Shown piece by piece: positions 1-8,274 of a stretch of DNA of 64,000 nucleotides; positions within the stretch are counted from its first letter, which is position 1; each line of letters starts with the position of its first letter. Position numbers and translations under genes: made by a program. The stretch is from the NCBI GenBank assembly GCA_902493345.1, contig CABUPM010000001.1:14126-78125 (forward strand), written 5' to 3'. The notes beneath the pieces were generated by a model that worked only from the letters and a program-made list of their open reading frames with translations, did no database searches and was not told the DNA's origin. The DNA is from an uncultured Eubacteriales bacterium (GTDB lineage: Bacteria; Bacillota; Clostridia; Lachnospirales; Bianqueaceae).

Positions 1-588
1 ACAGTACTTATTCAGAATGCTCCGCAGCTCCCAAGTATTCAGATACTTACTGCCGTCCTCGTTGACATGAAGGATGATGTCTGTACCACGGGATGTTCTG
101 GTACCGGCATTCATTTCATAAGTAGAACCTCCGTCGCAGCTCCACAGTACAGCCTCGACGCCCTCGCGGTAGGAGAGAGTGTGTATCTCTACCAGCTCAG
201 CAACCATAAAGGCGGAATAGAATCCCAGGCCGAAGTGGCCAATGATCGGATCCTCAGAAGCATCCTTGTACTTTTCCAGAAATTCTGCCGCGCCGGAAAA
301 CGCGATCTGGTTGATATACTTGCGGACTTCCTCATCCGTCATACCAATGCCGTTGTCGGAGATGGTGATCGTCTTGCCCTCAGCGTCAATGGTGACATGA
401 ACAGAATATTCCTCATCCTCTGCGATAGAGGCCTCTCCCATGGAAACCAGTTTCTTCAGCTTAGAGATCGCGTCTACGCCGTTGGAAACCAGCTCACGGA
501 TAAAGATATCCTGGTCGGAATAAAGCCATTTTTTAATGATTGGAAATAGATTTTCACTATGAATTGAAAGATTTCCTTTTTCCTGCAT
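1..588 (-). CDS. htpG: Chaperone HtpG (Hsp90 family), N-terminal 196 codons only; remainder lies left of the window
   Basis: Open at the window edge, so absent from the ORF track. Reverse translation from ATG 588 reads MQEKGNLSIHSENLFPIIKKWLYSDQDIFIRELVSNGVDAISK...SDNGIGMT...GHFGLGFYSAF with no stop down to position 1. These are GHKL ATPase motifs of HtpG. The + ORF 67..549 is its antisense shadow. Confidence 0.9.
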   Translation of the reverse strand, partial: MQEKGNLSIHSENLFPIIKKWLYSDQDIFIRELVSNGVDAISKLKKLVSMGEASIAEDEEYSVHVTIDAEGKTITISDNGIGMTDEEVRKYINQIAFSGAAEFLEKYKDASEDPIIGHFGLGFYSAFMVAELVEIHTLSYREGVEAVLWSCDGGSTYEMNAGTRTSRGTDIILHVNEDGSKYLNTWELRSILNKYC

Positions 589-602
589 AATCAATCTGCC
601 TC

Positions 603-1070
603 CTATATTTCATATTCGATTTGTAATTTTGAGAGTACTTTGGGAAAATGGTCATCCCAGAACTGTGCGTCCGTGCGGTCCATGGAAAAGGTACGCATGG
701 AGATGCCGCCGGTCAGCTTAAGTATCCCGTCTTGAAAATGGATGGTCATCAGGTAGGATTGGGCGCCGATCGATACATGTCCCTCCAAAAGAGCCGGAGG
801 ACAGGCAAGAACCAGTTTCATCGTGGTAGGAGTATGACCTGCCCGTACAATAGAAGCCAGTATCAGGCGGACTTCGCCAAAACGCAGGGCCATATTGGTC
901 CGTGTCTTTTTTTCTTCATCTGTCAGATACCGGGGGTTGATGGTTCCGGCAACCGAATATTGTGTCAGCGCCGCAATTTCCGCTCCCTGAAACTCCCAAT
1001 CATCAAAGACAGGCTGTATGAGCAGCCGATTCATAAAAGCCTTGATATTGGTGACTTTTAATATTATCAT
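603..1070 (-). CDS. Conserved hypothetical protein (155 aa)
   Basis: ORF 603..1106. Start moved to ATG 1070 (MIILKVTNIK...), which follows GGAGAAAGGGGG. The upstream ATG at 1106 sits directly against the predicted -10 box. No catalytic motif recognised. Confidence 0.6.
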   Translation of the reverse strand: MIILKVTNIKAFMNRLLIQPVFDDWEFQGAEIAALTQYSVAGTINPRYLTDEEKKTRTNMALRFGEVRLILASIVRAGHTPTTMKLVLACPPALLEGHVSIGAQSYLMTIHFQDGILKLTGGISMRTFSMDRTDAQFWDDHFPKVLSKLQIEYEI

Positions 1071-1104
1071 GGGAATCCCCCTTTCTCCAAATCTCACAAA
1101 GTTC

Positions 1105-1133
1105 ATTATAGCACGGTTTTATAAGGCTTGCAA
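1105..1133 (-). promoter_or_regulatory. Sigma-A-type promoter for the 603..1070 gene
   Basis: Minus strand reads TTGCAA-17 nt-TATAAT with TGc extended -10. Confidence 0.55.
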
Positions 1134-1144
1134 GTTTTTTGAGC

Positions 1145-1172
1145 AAAAAAAGAGCCTGATATAAAATCAGGC
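1145..1172 (-). terminator. Intrinsic terminator after the GltD-like gene
   Basis: Minus-strand RNA GCCUGAU-UUUAU-AUCAGGC followed by UCUUUUUUU, about 50 nt past the stop at 1224. Confidence 0.6.
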
Positions 1173-1223
1173 AAAGAGAAAAATAAAAGAAAGTAAGAAA
1201 AGAGGAGATATACAAATATAAGA

Positions 1224-2522
1224 TTATTCAGGATCAGGTGGTTGTTCTACGCCTTCCAGGGGATCTGTCTCTCCCTTTCTTGCACGTTCGCCGGACACAT
1301 AAGCGCTGACATATTCATCAATGGCATTCGCAACGATTTTGGATTGGCGTACAGCCTGCACAACAGTTTTGGCGCCGCTTACAACATCTCCGGAGGAGAA
1401 TACGCCGGGACGGGTTGTGCTGCCGTCACTCTGTGTTTCTACAAGTCCGCGGCTCGTAACATTGATGCCGCTGGTACTATTAACAATCAAATGCCGTGGG
1501 CCCTGACCGATGGCTACGATTACACTGTCGCAGAAAAATTCTGCTTCTGTGTCGGGAACTTCGACCCAGCCCTTTTCTTCATCCCATTGTGTAGAACGAT
1601 ACTTAACGGAGGGCTCCGTAATCTCATAAGGAACCTTATGGAACTCAAAATGCACACCGTCGATCTTGGCAAGCTCAACCTCACTCGGAAGAGCTGTCAT
1701 ATCATCCGGCGAGCCGCGGTAGAGGATCGTGACATCCCAGACATTCTGTCGAACCGCGCTGCGGGCAGCATCGATAGCGACATTGCCGGCGCCGATAATG
1801 CATATCTTTTTCCCAAGATGGAAAGAAGAAGGATTCTTCAGATAATCGATGGCGAAATGTACATTTCCGAGGGTCTGTCCTTTGATGTGCAAAGACTGCG
1901 GCCGCCATACGCCGGTTCCGATAAATACAGCTTTGTATCCGTCCTGGAACAGATCATCGATCGTAATGGTCGTACCGACAAGGATATTGGGACGGATCTT
2001 GATTCCCATGCTGATCAGCTTATGATGCAGACGTTCCAGAATATCCTTAGGCAGACGAAAACCGGGAATACCATATTGCAGTACGCCGCCGATTTTGTCA
2101 TGATTCTCAAAAATAGTAATGTTATAACCCCGTTTGGCCAGAATAACAGCAATGGTGATTCCGGCCGGACCAGAACCGATAATGGCCACCCGTCTGCAGG
2201 GATCAATAATACGCGGTGGGGGAACAAGCGCATCCAGATAGAGATTGGAAATATAGCGCTCGATTTTGCTGAAATGTACAGGCTCACCCTTGATTCCCAG
2301 TACACAGTGGCCTTCACATTGCTGTTCATGAGGACAGACATAAGCACACACCAGGGATAAGGGATTATTCGCGAACAGAAGCTTTCCTGCCTTTTTAATT
2401 TCACCGGCCTTCAGCATAGAGATCGCTTTGGGGATGGGAGTATGCACTGGGCAGCCTTCACTGCATCGCGGTTTTTTGCAATTCAAGCAGCGGTTCGCCT
2501 CCGCGAGGATTGTATCTGCCAT
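1224..2522 (-). CDS. NAD(P)H-dependent oxidoreductase, glutamate synthase small-subunit-like (GltD/NfnB/SudA family)
   Basis: N-terminal Cys cluster CLNCKKPRCSEGCP and CEGHC; two dinucleotide-binding motifs IIGSGPAG and IIGAGNVA. Start taken at ATG 2522 (MADTILAE) behind AAAGGA rather than the ORF-track start 2732. Confidence 0.8.
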   Translation of the reverse strand: MADTILAEANRCLNCKKPRCSEGCPVHTPIPKAISMLKAGEIKKAGKLLFANNPLSLVCAYVCPHEQQCEGHCVLGIKGEPVHFSKIERYISNLYLDALVPPPRIIDPCRRVAIIGSGPAGITIAVILAKRGYNITIFENHDKIGGVLQYGIPGFRLPKDILERLHHKLISMGIKIRPNILVGTTITIDDLFQDGYKAVFIGTGVWRPQSLHIKGQTLGNVHFAIDYLKNPSSFHLGKKICIIGAGNVAIDAARSAVRQNVWDVTILYRGSPDDMTALPSEVELAKIDGVHFEFHKVPYEITEPSVKYRSTQWDEEKGWVEVPDTEAEFFCDSVIVAIGQGPRHLIVNSTSGINVTSRGLVETQSDGSTTRPGVFSSGDVVSGAKTVVQAVRQSKIVANAIDEYVSAYVSGERARKGETDPLEGVEQPPDPE

Positions 2523-2567
2523 AACTATCATCCTTTCATGGGCATCTTGTACAAATCTTATGTTGTA

Positions 2568-2596
2568 ATTATAGCATAGATGGAAGAAATATACAA
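2568..2596 (-). promoter_or_regulatory. Sigma-A-type promoter for the GltD-like gene
   Basis: Minus strand TTGTAT-17 nt-TATAAT with TGc extended -10. Confidence 0.55.
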
Positions 2597-2677
2597 GGTG
2601 TTTTTTTGAAATAATTGCTATTTTATTCCTCTGACGGCATATAGATGAAAATATCTGGAGAAGGGAGATGCTATGGG

Positions 2678-3259
2678 ATGCTGAATAAAATATGGGCCGG
2701 AATGATTCTGATGGCCATTGTGACGGCGGCATTTACCGGAAATATGGGACTGCTCAGTACACAGTTGATCGCGTCTTCACAGGAAGCAGTTTCGATCATA
2801 TTGACGCTGGCTGGCGTCGTGGCTTTGTGGACGGGACTGATGGAAATCGCAGAGGATTCCGGCTTGATGAAAAAATTGGGAGAGAAGATGCAGCCGGTTC
2901 TCAGGTATCTTTTCCCGGAAATACCGGAAGGGCACCCGGCAGGAAAGCAGATCAGCGCGAATTTTGTTGCCAATCTATTCGGACTTGGATGGGCTGCGAC
3001 ACCTCCGGGACTTATGGCGATGGAAAGTCTGGCGGAGCTGAATGGACATAGCAAGACGGCCAGCAATGCCATGTGTACTTTTATGATTGTTAATATGTCG
3101 TCCCTCCAGCTCATTCCAATCAATATGATTGCATACCGCAGTCAATACGGCTCGGTATCGCCCTCAATGATCGTGGCTCCGGCGCTCCTCGCAACAACGA
3201 TATCAACCTTAACCGGAGTTGTCGCGGCCAAGCTGATGGCGAAGAGGGAACATCGATGA
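2678..3259 (+). CDS. spmA: Spore maturation protein A (nucleoside-recognition-domain membrane protein)
   Basis: MLNKIWAGMILMAIV... polytopic membrane protein with the typical SpmA N-terminus. ATGA overlap with the following spmB. Start at ATG 2678 after GGAGAAGGGAG. Confidence 0.8.
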   Translation: MLNKIWAGMILMAIVTAAFTGNMGLLSTQLIASSQEAVSIILTLAGVVALWTGLMEIAEDSGLMKKLGEKMQPVLRYLFPEIPEGHPAGKQISANFVANLFGLGWAATPPGLMAMESLAELNGHSKTASNAMCTFMIVNMSSLQLIPINMIAYRSQYGSVSPSMIVAPALLATTISTLTGVVAAKLMAKREHR

Positions 3260-3786
3260 GATGGATTATCATGCTTTCCGATCTTTTGATTCCGTTGATT
3301 TTTGCCGGAATTATTACCTATGGTCTATTACAGAAGATCAATGTATTGGAAAGCTTTTTTCACGGCGCAGTCAAAGGAATTCGTGTCGTATGGAAGATCT
3401 TTCCGACTTTTCTGAGTCTGGTTGTAGCGGTCGGAATCTTCCAATCTTCAGGCGCGCTTACAATTCTAACCCAACTGTTGGAGCCGGTGGGAAACCTCCT
3501 GTATGTACCATCTCCGCTCATTCCCATCGCTTTGACCAAATTTATCTCTTCATCAGCGTCCACCGGATTGGTTTTGCAGCTGTTTAAGAATTTTGGACCG
3601 GACTCTCTGGAGGGGGTTATGACTTCGATCATGATCGGTTCTACTGAAACGATCCTATATACCATGTCCGTATATTTTTCGGCGGCCAAAGTGGAGAGAA
3701 CAAGGTACACTTTGCCCGGGGCCATTCTGGCCAATCTGGCAGGGATTGCGGCCAGTGTTGTTCTGGCGAGGTGGATTGTAAAATAA
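3256..3786 (+). CDS. spmB: Spore maturation protein B
   Basis: 176-aa membrane protein translationally coupled (ATGA) to spmA; the conserved SpmA/SpmB pair. Confidence 0.8.
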   Translation: MRWIIMLSDLLIPLIFAGIITYGLLQKINVLESFFHGAVKGIRVVWKIFPTFLSLVVAVGIFQSSGALTILTQLLEPVGNLLYVPSPLIPIALTKFISSSASTGLVLQLFKNFGPDSLEGVMTSIMIGSTETILYTMSVYFSAAKVERTRYTLPGAILANLAGIAASVVLARWIVK

Positions 3787-3816
3787 AAAATCCGGCAAAG
3801 AAAATCTCTGCCGGAT
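3785..3816. terminator. Bidirectional hairpin between the convergent spmB and pckA
   Basis: Stem ATCCGGCA (3790-3797) / TGCCGGAT (3809-3816). The A-run on plus gives a U-tract for the minus-strand pckA transcript. Confidence 0.6.
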
Positions 3817-3839
3817 CTATTATAAATTCAGAAGTGAAA

Positions 3840-5432
3840 TTACTTTGCCTTCGGACCAGCCTCAGCAATGTTCTTGGGCATATTCGGATACTTCTTGGAG
3901 AAGTTGTCCTCGAACATCTTAGCCAGCTTGTTAGCCTGCTCATCATAAGCAGCCTTGTCAGCCCAAAGACCACGAGCATCCAGCATCTCATCCGGTACGC
4001 CAGGGCAGCTTACAGGATAATCAACATTGAATACGTCATGATGCTTGAACTCGATGTTATCGAAGGAACCATTCAGAGCAGCCGTAACCATAGCACGGGT
4101 ATAAGCCAGCTTCATACGCTTTGCGCCGGAAGCTGCGCTGCCGCCTGCCCAACCGGTATTTACCAGATATACCTTGGTGCCGTACTTTTCAATTCTCTCG
4201 CCCAGCATTCCGGCATATACGGAAGGATCCATCGGCATAAAGGGCTCGCCGAACAGAGTAGAGAAGGTCGGCTGAGGCTCGGTTACGCCACGCTCGGTAC
4301 CAGCCAGCTTAGAGGTGAAGCCGGTAACAAAATGATACATAGCAGCGTTCTCATCCAGTCTGGAGATCGGAGGCAGTACGCCAAAAGCATCAGCGGTCAG
4401 GAAGATAACAACCTTCGGGATTCCGCCTACGCCCGGGATTGCAGCATTGTCGATATACTCGATCGGATAGCCTACACGGGTATTCTCGGTCAGGCTGCCG
4501 TCATCATAATCAGCAACACGGGTCTCAGGATCAACGATAACGTTCTCCAGCTCGGAACCGAAGCGGATCGCGCCGTAGATCTCAGGCTCATTCTCAGCCT
4601 TCAGATTGATGGTCTTTGCATAGCAGCCACCCTCGAAGTTGAATACGCCGTCAGCAGACCAACCATGCTCGTCATCACCGATCAGCTTACGGTTCGGGTC
4701 AGCAGACAGAGTCGTCTTACCGGTACCGGACAGACCGAAGAATACTGCGGTCTCATGGGTCTCCGGATCCATGTTAGCGGAGCAGTGCATGGGCAGTACA
4801 TTCTCCTGTATGGGCATCAGGTAGTTCATAACAGAGAATACAGACTTCTTGATCTCTCCGGAATACTGTGTACCGGCAATCAGAACCAGCTTCTCCTCAT
4901 AGTTAACCAGAATAGCAGCCTCAGAATGAGTACCGTCTACCTCAGGTACGCACTTAAAACCAGGTGCAGCGATGATCGTGAAGTCCGGATCACCAAAAGC
5001 AGCCAGCTGCTCCTCAGTCGGACGGATCAGCAGCTGATGAATAAAGAGGTTCTGGCAAGCAAACTCATTGATTACACGGAACTTTCTGGTGTACTTGGGG
5101 TCAGCGCCGGCAAAACCATCAAATACATAAAGTACCTTATTCTGCAGATATGCCTGCATCTTAGCCTTGATTGCGTCGAACTTTTCCTTTTCCATAGGAA
5201 CATTAACATTGCCCCAGGCAACAACATCGTGTACAGCCGGAGTGTCAACAATGAACTTATCCTTAGGAGAGCGGCCGGTATACTTGCCGGTGGTAACCGC
5301 AAGAGCACCCTTATCTGTTAAAATACCCTCTCCGTTTTTCAGCGCCTCTTCGACCAGCTTAGCCGGGCTCAGGTTATGATAAACGGCTTTCGGATTCACA
5401 ATTCCGCATTTTGCTAATTCCTTAGCATCCAT
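3840..5432 (-). CDS. pckA: Phosphoenolpyruvate carboxykinase (ATP)
   Basis: 530 aa with GLSGTGKTTLSADPNRKLIGDDEHGW, the kinase-1a region characteristic of ATP-dependent PEPCK. Confidence 0.95.
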   Translation of the reverse strand: MDAKELAKCGIVNPKAVYHNLSPAKLVEEALKNGEGILTDKGALAVTTGKYTGRSPKDKFIVDTPAVHDVVAWGNVNVPMEKEKFDAIKAKMQAYLQNKVLYVFDGFAGADPKYTRKFRVINEFACQNLFIHQLLIRPTEEQLAAFGDPDFTIIAAPGFKCVPEVDGTHSEAAILVNYEEKLVLIAGTQYSGEIKKSVFSVMNYLMPIQENVLPMHCSANMDPETHETAVFFGLSGTGKTTLSADPNRKLIGDDEHGWSADGVFNFEGGCYAKTINLKAENEPEIYGAIRFGSELENVIVDPETRVADYDDGSLTENTRVGYPIEYIDNAAIPGVGGIPKVVIFLTADAFGVLPPISRLDENAAMYHFVTGFTSKLAGTERGVTEPQPTFSTLFGEPFMPMDPSVYAGMLGERIEKYGTKVYLVNTGWAGGSAASGAKRMKLAYTRAMVTAALNGSFDNIEFKHHDVFNVDYPVSCPGVPDEMLDARGLWADKAAYDEQANKLAKMFEDNFSKKYPNMPKNIAEAGPKAK

Positions 5433-5496
5433 TTGTAATTCCTCCTGTTTCCTTATAATCTCTAGGCAGCGCTTAATACAACGTCACCCAGTTTGT

Positions 5497-5525
5497 ATTA
5501 TACTATAGAAGAAAATAATTTGCAA
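5497..5525 (-). promoter_or_regulatory. Sigma-A-type promoter for pckA
   Basis: Minus strand TTGCAA-17 nt-TATAAT. Confidence 0.5.
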
Positions 5526-5638
5526 GTCAAGGTTGCATTTTTTTTGACAATATTGGAAGATATTGCTGAAAATAGCTATGGGAGGAATGGATTATTTCAA
5601 ACATTTGTTAAATATTTCGAAAGTGTTACAAATTGCTA

Positions 5639-5667
5639 TTGATTTTTTCATACGAGTGTAATATAAT
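5639..5667 (+). promoter_or_regulatory. Sigma-A-type promoter for the 5709 gene
   Basis: TTGATT-17 nt-TATAAT, about 40 nt upstream of the TTG start. Confidence 0.5.
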
Positions 5668-5708
5668 ATCATAGTCAATTAAAAATTGAAAAGATTGGAG
5701 TTGTAGTT

Positions 5709-6548
5709 TTGAAAGGAAAAAGATTAGTCTCGATAACATTGGCCGCTGTAATGGCCGCGGATATGACGACATTGCCGGTGCGCGGATATGCTCAGGAAGC
5801 TGTACCGCCCATTGCAGTTTCTTCTTCCGCCGTTCTCGATTCGTTTGTTTCTAGCCAGGCGATTTTGAAAAACATGAATATACATGTAACAAATCTCTCA
5901 GGAATCCTTCAGGAGTCCTATAAGATCCAGAGAGCGGAGGAAGAAAAGAAAGCGCATAAGCTTGCTGCTGTCAAGGAGAACCAGATAGAAATCCCCCTGA
6001 TAGAAGACGTTGACGATGCTTTCTATGAGACACAGATTACGGATGAAGCACAGAGCATCCGCGCAAAGGCGGCTTTTGAGAGAAAATTGCAAGAAGCTGC
6101 GGAAGCGGCGGCAGCCAGAGAGGAAGCGGAGAGACAGGCAGAAGCCGCCAGGATTCTGGCGGAGCAGGAAGCGGCGGCCAGAGCGGCGCGCGCAGTACAG
6201 ACCGCATCCAAACAGGAGAGTTCCAATTCCGGTTCCGGCAGTTGGGATGGTACAGTTTTGAATCCGTATATCGGAGTCGTATATGGTCCCAGCGGCAAGG
6301 AATCCTATTATAACCTGGATATGTCCGGAGTAATTGACATCATGCGGAGCATGGGTTACACAGGAGAGTACTGGGTTCGCGCCGACGGATGTAAGATGCT
6401 TGGCGACTACATCATGTGCGCCGCCAATCTGGAGATTCGTCCGAGAGGGTCTCTGGTAGAGAGTTCTCTGGGAACCTGCATCGTGGTCGATACCGGATGG
6501 TTTGCTTACAGCAATCCGTATCAGCTGGACATCGCTGTTACCTGGTAA
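5709..6548 (+). CDS. Secreted protein: signal peptide, Ala/Glu-rich coiled region, C-terminal 3D/DPBB-like domain (putative cell-wall-active)
   Basis: TTG start 9 nt after GGAG. Signal peptide ends ...VRGYA/QEA. Low-complexity AAEAAAAREEAERQAEAARILAEQEAAARAARA. The C-terminal ...SLGTCIVVDTGWFAYSNPYQLDIAV resembles the DTG...IDI signature of 3D domains (from memory, unverified). Confidence 0.55.
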   Translation: MKGKRLVSITLAAVMAADMTTLPVRGYAQEAVPPIAVSSSAVLDSFVSSQAILKNMNIHVTNLSGILQESYKIQRAEEEKKAHKLAAVKENQIEIPLIEDVDDAFYETQITDEAQSIRAKAAFERKLQEAAEAAAAREEAERQAEAARILAEQEAAARAARAVQTASKQESSNSGSGSWDGTVLNPYIGVVYGPSGKESYYNLDMSGVIDIMRSMGYTGEYWVRADGCKMLGDYIMCAANLEIRPRGSLVESSLGTCIVVDTGWFAYSNPYQLDIAVTW

Positions 6549-6611
6549 AACGGATTGTAACGAGATTGGTATCAAGTTGATACATAATTAAAACCTGACG
6601 TTTTTGTGCGT

Positions 6612-6655
6612 TTTCACATTAAGTTCACGTTTTGTTCATATTTTGTTCATAATCA
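6612..6655 (+). repeat. Four direct hexamer repeats TTCACA/TTCACG/TTCATA/TTCATA spaced exactly 11 bp
   Basis: Hexamers start at 6613, 6624, 6635 and 6646, each followed by a T-rich 5-mer. This is response-regulator-site-like architecture. Confidence 0.6.
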
Positions 6656-6671
6656 TCGGTTACTATATATA

Positions 6672-6750
6672 TAACAAAACTTTTTCATGTTTGTATCTTC
6701 ATTTTATTTTCTCCTCCAAGTTTTTGGCACCGGATCACCGGTGCTTTTTT
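6672..6750 (+). ncRNA. Candidate small transcript (no RBS-led ORF) ending at the 6727..6750 terminator
   Basis: TATATAT at 6664-6670, 12 bp after the last repeat. No SD-preceded ORF. Unpaired UUUCUCCUCCAAG lies just 5' of a strong terminator. The 5' end is a guess. Confidence 0.25.
6727..6750 (+). terminator. Intrinsic terminator (orphan, 180 nt past the nearest + strand stop)
   Basis: GCACCGG-ATCA-CCGGTGC followed by TTTTTT. Confidence 0.75.
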
Positions 6751-6818
6751 CTTTAGATAAAATATGTCAGTGATGTTGAGGACGATATAAGATGGGAAAC
6801 CTTGAATAATTCAAATAC

Positions 6819-6847
6819 TTGATTTTTTCCGGAGAAAGTGCTATACT
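6819..6847 (+). promoter_or_regulatory. Sigma-A-type promoter for tldD-pmbA
   Basis: TTGATT-17 nt-TATACT with TGc extended -10. Confidence 0.55.
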
Positions 6848-6880
6848 TTAAACGAATTTTGTTTGAGAGGGGGAATTCCA

Positions 6881-8263
6881 GTGATTCTGGATAAAAAAAT
6901 TCTAAGCGAACTGCTGGGACGAGCGATGTCTTCCGGCGCGGATTTTGCTGAAGTATTCGCAGAGCATACCAGACATGGTTTGGTTGTGTTGTCAGGCGGC
7001 GCGGTTGATGAGTTATCGGATCGTTTTCTGTCCGGTGTTGGTATACGGGTACTGCGCGGAAAGCGCAGCGTCTATGCCTCCACTTCGGATATGAGTTATA
7101 GCGGCTTGATGCGGTGCGCATCCAATGTGGCCGATGCATTGGGAGAAAGCAGCCAAGAGGTATCGATTCGTTTGGAGGAACGGATTTTTCCGGATATTCA
7201 TGCGATTCAGCGGGTAACCTCCGGCGTGTCCAAGCAGGAGCAGATTGATGTTCTGCGTGCGGCACACATGGGCGCGGTACAGTACAGCAGTGAGATTTCT
7301 CAGGTAGAAGCATCTTTGTTGAATGTAGATCGAAATATTTTGATTGCCAATAGCGAAGGCCTATTGACGGAAGACCGTCAGGTTCGGACGAGACTCAGGG
7401 TGTCGGCAATTGCGTCGACGGCTACAGAAAAGCAGACGGGAAGCTGTGCTCCAGGTTTTCGTAAGGGAATGGAGATGTTTGAGCAGGTTGACCCGGCACA
7501 GGCGGGCAAAACAGCGGCGGAGCAGGCAGTTACGATGCTCCATGCAGGGTACTGTCCGGCGGGAAAGATGATGGTTGCGATTGAAAATGGTTTCGGCGGA
7601 GTTATCTTCCATGAGGCCTGCGGACATTCTCTGGAAGCAACCAGTGTCGCGACAGGCCGCAGTCAGTTTTCTGGAAAGCTGGGCCAGCAGATTGCCAATG
7701 TCAAGGTGACGGCAATTGACGATGGTACGGAGCCCAATTCCTGGGGATCCAACAATATCGACGATGAAGGTCATCCCACACAGAAAAATGTACTGATCGA
7801 AAAGGGCGTTCTGAAGAGCTATCTGATCGACCGGCTGGGCGGACGCCGTATGAATATGACGCCGAACGGCTGCGGACGGCGTGAGAACTATCATTATGAA
7901 CCGACTTCCCGTATGAGTAATACCTATATTGCCAATGGTACGGACGATAACGCGGAGATCATTTCTTCCATGGAATACGGACTCTATGCGAAGGCCATGG
8001 GCGGCGGATCTGTAAATCCCGTAACAGGTGAATTCAATTTTGCGGTGGTGGAAGGCTATCTTGTACGGAATGGCAAGATCTGTGAGCCGGTGCGCGGCGC
8101 CAGCCTGATCGGAAAGGGCTCAGAGATCCTGATGAATATTGATCGCGTCGGTCAGAATCTGGCCAGTGCGCAAGGTATGTGCGGTTCGGCCAGCGGTAGT
8201 ATTCCGACCAACGTCGGCCAGCCTCTGATTCGTGTATCTTCGATCACGGTCGGCGGACGGTAA
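6881..8263 (+). CDS. tldD: TldD-family metalloprotease
   Basis: HEACGHSLE (HExxxH) motif and TldD-like length. GTG 6881 lies 7 nt after GAGAGGGGG and is preferred over the ORF-track TTG 6863. Confidence 0.9.
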   Translation: MILDKKILSELLGRAMSSGADFAEVFAEHTRHGLVVLSGGAVDELSDRFLSGVGIRVLRGKRSVYASTSDMSYSGLMRCASNVADALGESSQEVSIRLEERIFPDIHAIQRVTSGVSKQEQIDVLRAAHMGAVQYSSEISQVEASLLNVDRNILIANSEGLLTEDRQVRTRLRVSAIASTATEKQTGSCAPGFRKGMEMFEQVDPAQAGKTAAEQAVTMLHAGYCPAGKMMVAIENGFGGVIFHEACGHSLEATSVATGRSQFSGKLGQQIANVKVTAIDDGTEPNSWGSNNIDDEGHPTQKNVLIEKGVLKSYLIDRLGGRRMNMTPNGCGRRENYHYEPTSRMSNTYIANGTDDNAEIISSMEYGLYAKAMGGGSVNPVTGEFNFAVVEGYLVRNGKICEPVRGASLIGKGSEILMNIDRVGQNLASAQGMCGSASGSIPTNVGQPLIRVSSITVGGR

Positions 8264-8274
8264 GGAGGGCAAAG

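Noticed and set aside
2600-2677. Possible sigma-E-type promoter (CATATAGAT) upstream of spmA
   Set aside because: Only the -10-like element resembles the consensus, and I could not find a convincing -35. It is too weak to report as a feature.
2523-2732. N-terminal extensions proposed by the ORF track. Examples: 1224..2732, 15574..16752, 33522..33866, 34750..35379, 36494..37477, 42288..43772, 12330..13562, 17485..18153
   Set aside because: The extensions run through promoters or upstream genes and lack RBSs. Internal ATG/GTG codons preceded by GGAGG-like sequences give N-termini that match the families.
3771-5321. 516-aa + strand ORF opposite pckA
   Set aside because: It is an antisense shadow of a confidently identified gene. 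The minus-strand product carries the PEPCK kinase motifs. The + ORF has no RBS and a low-complexity, Leu/Ser/Arg-rich composition.
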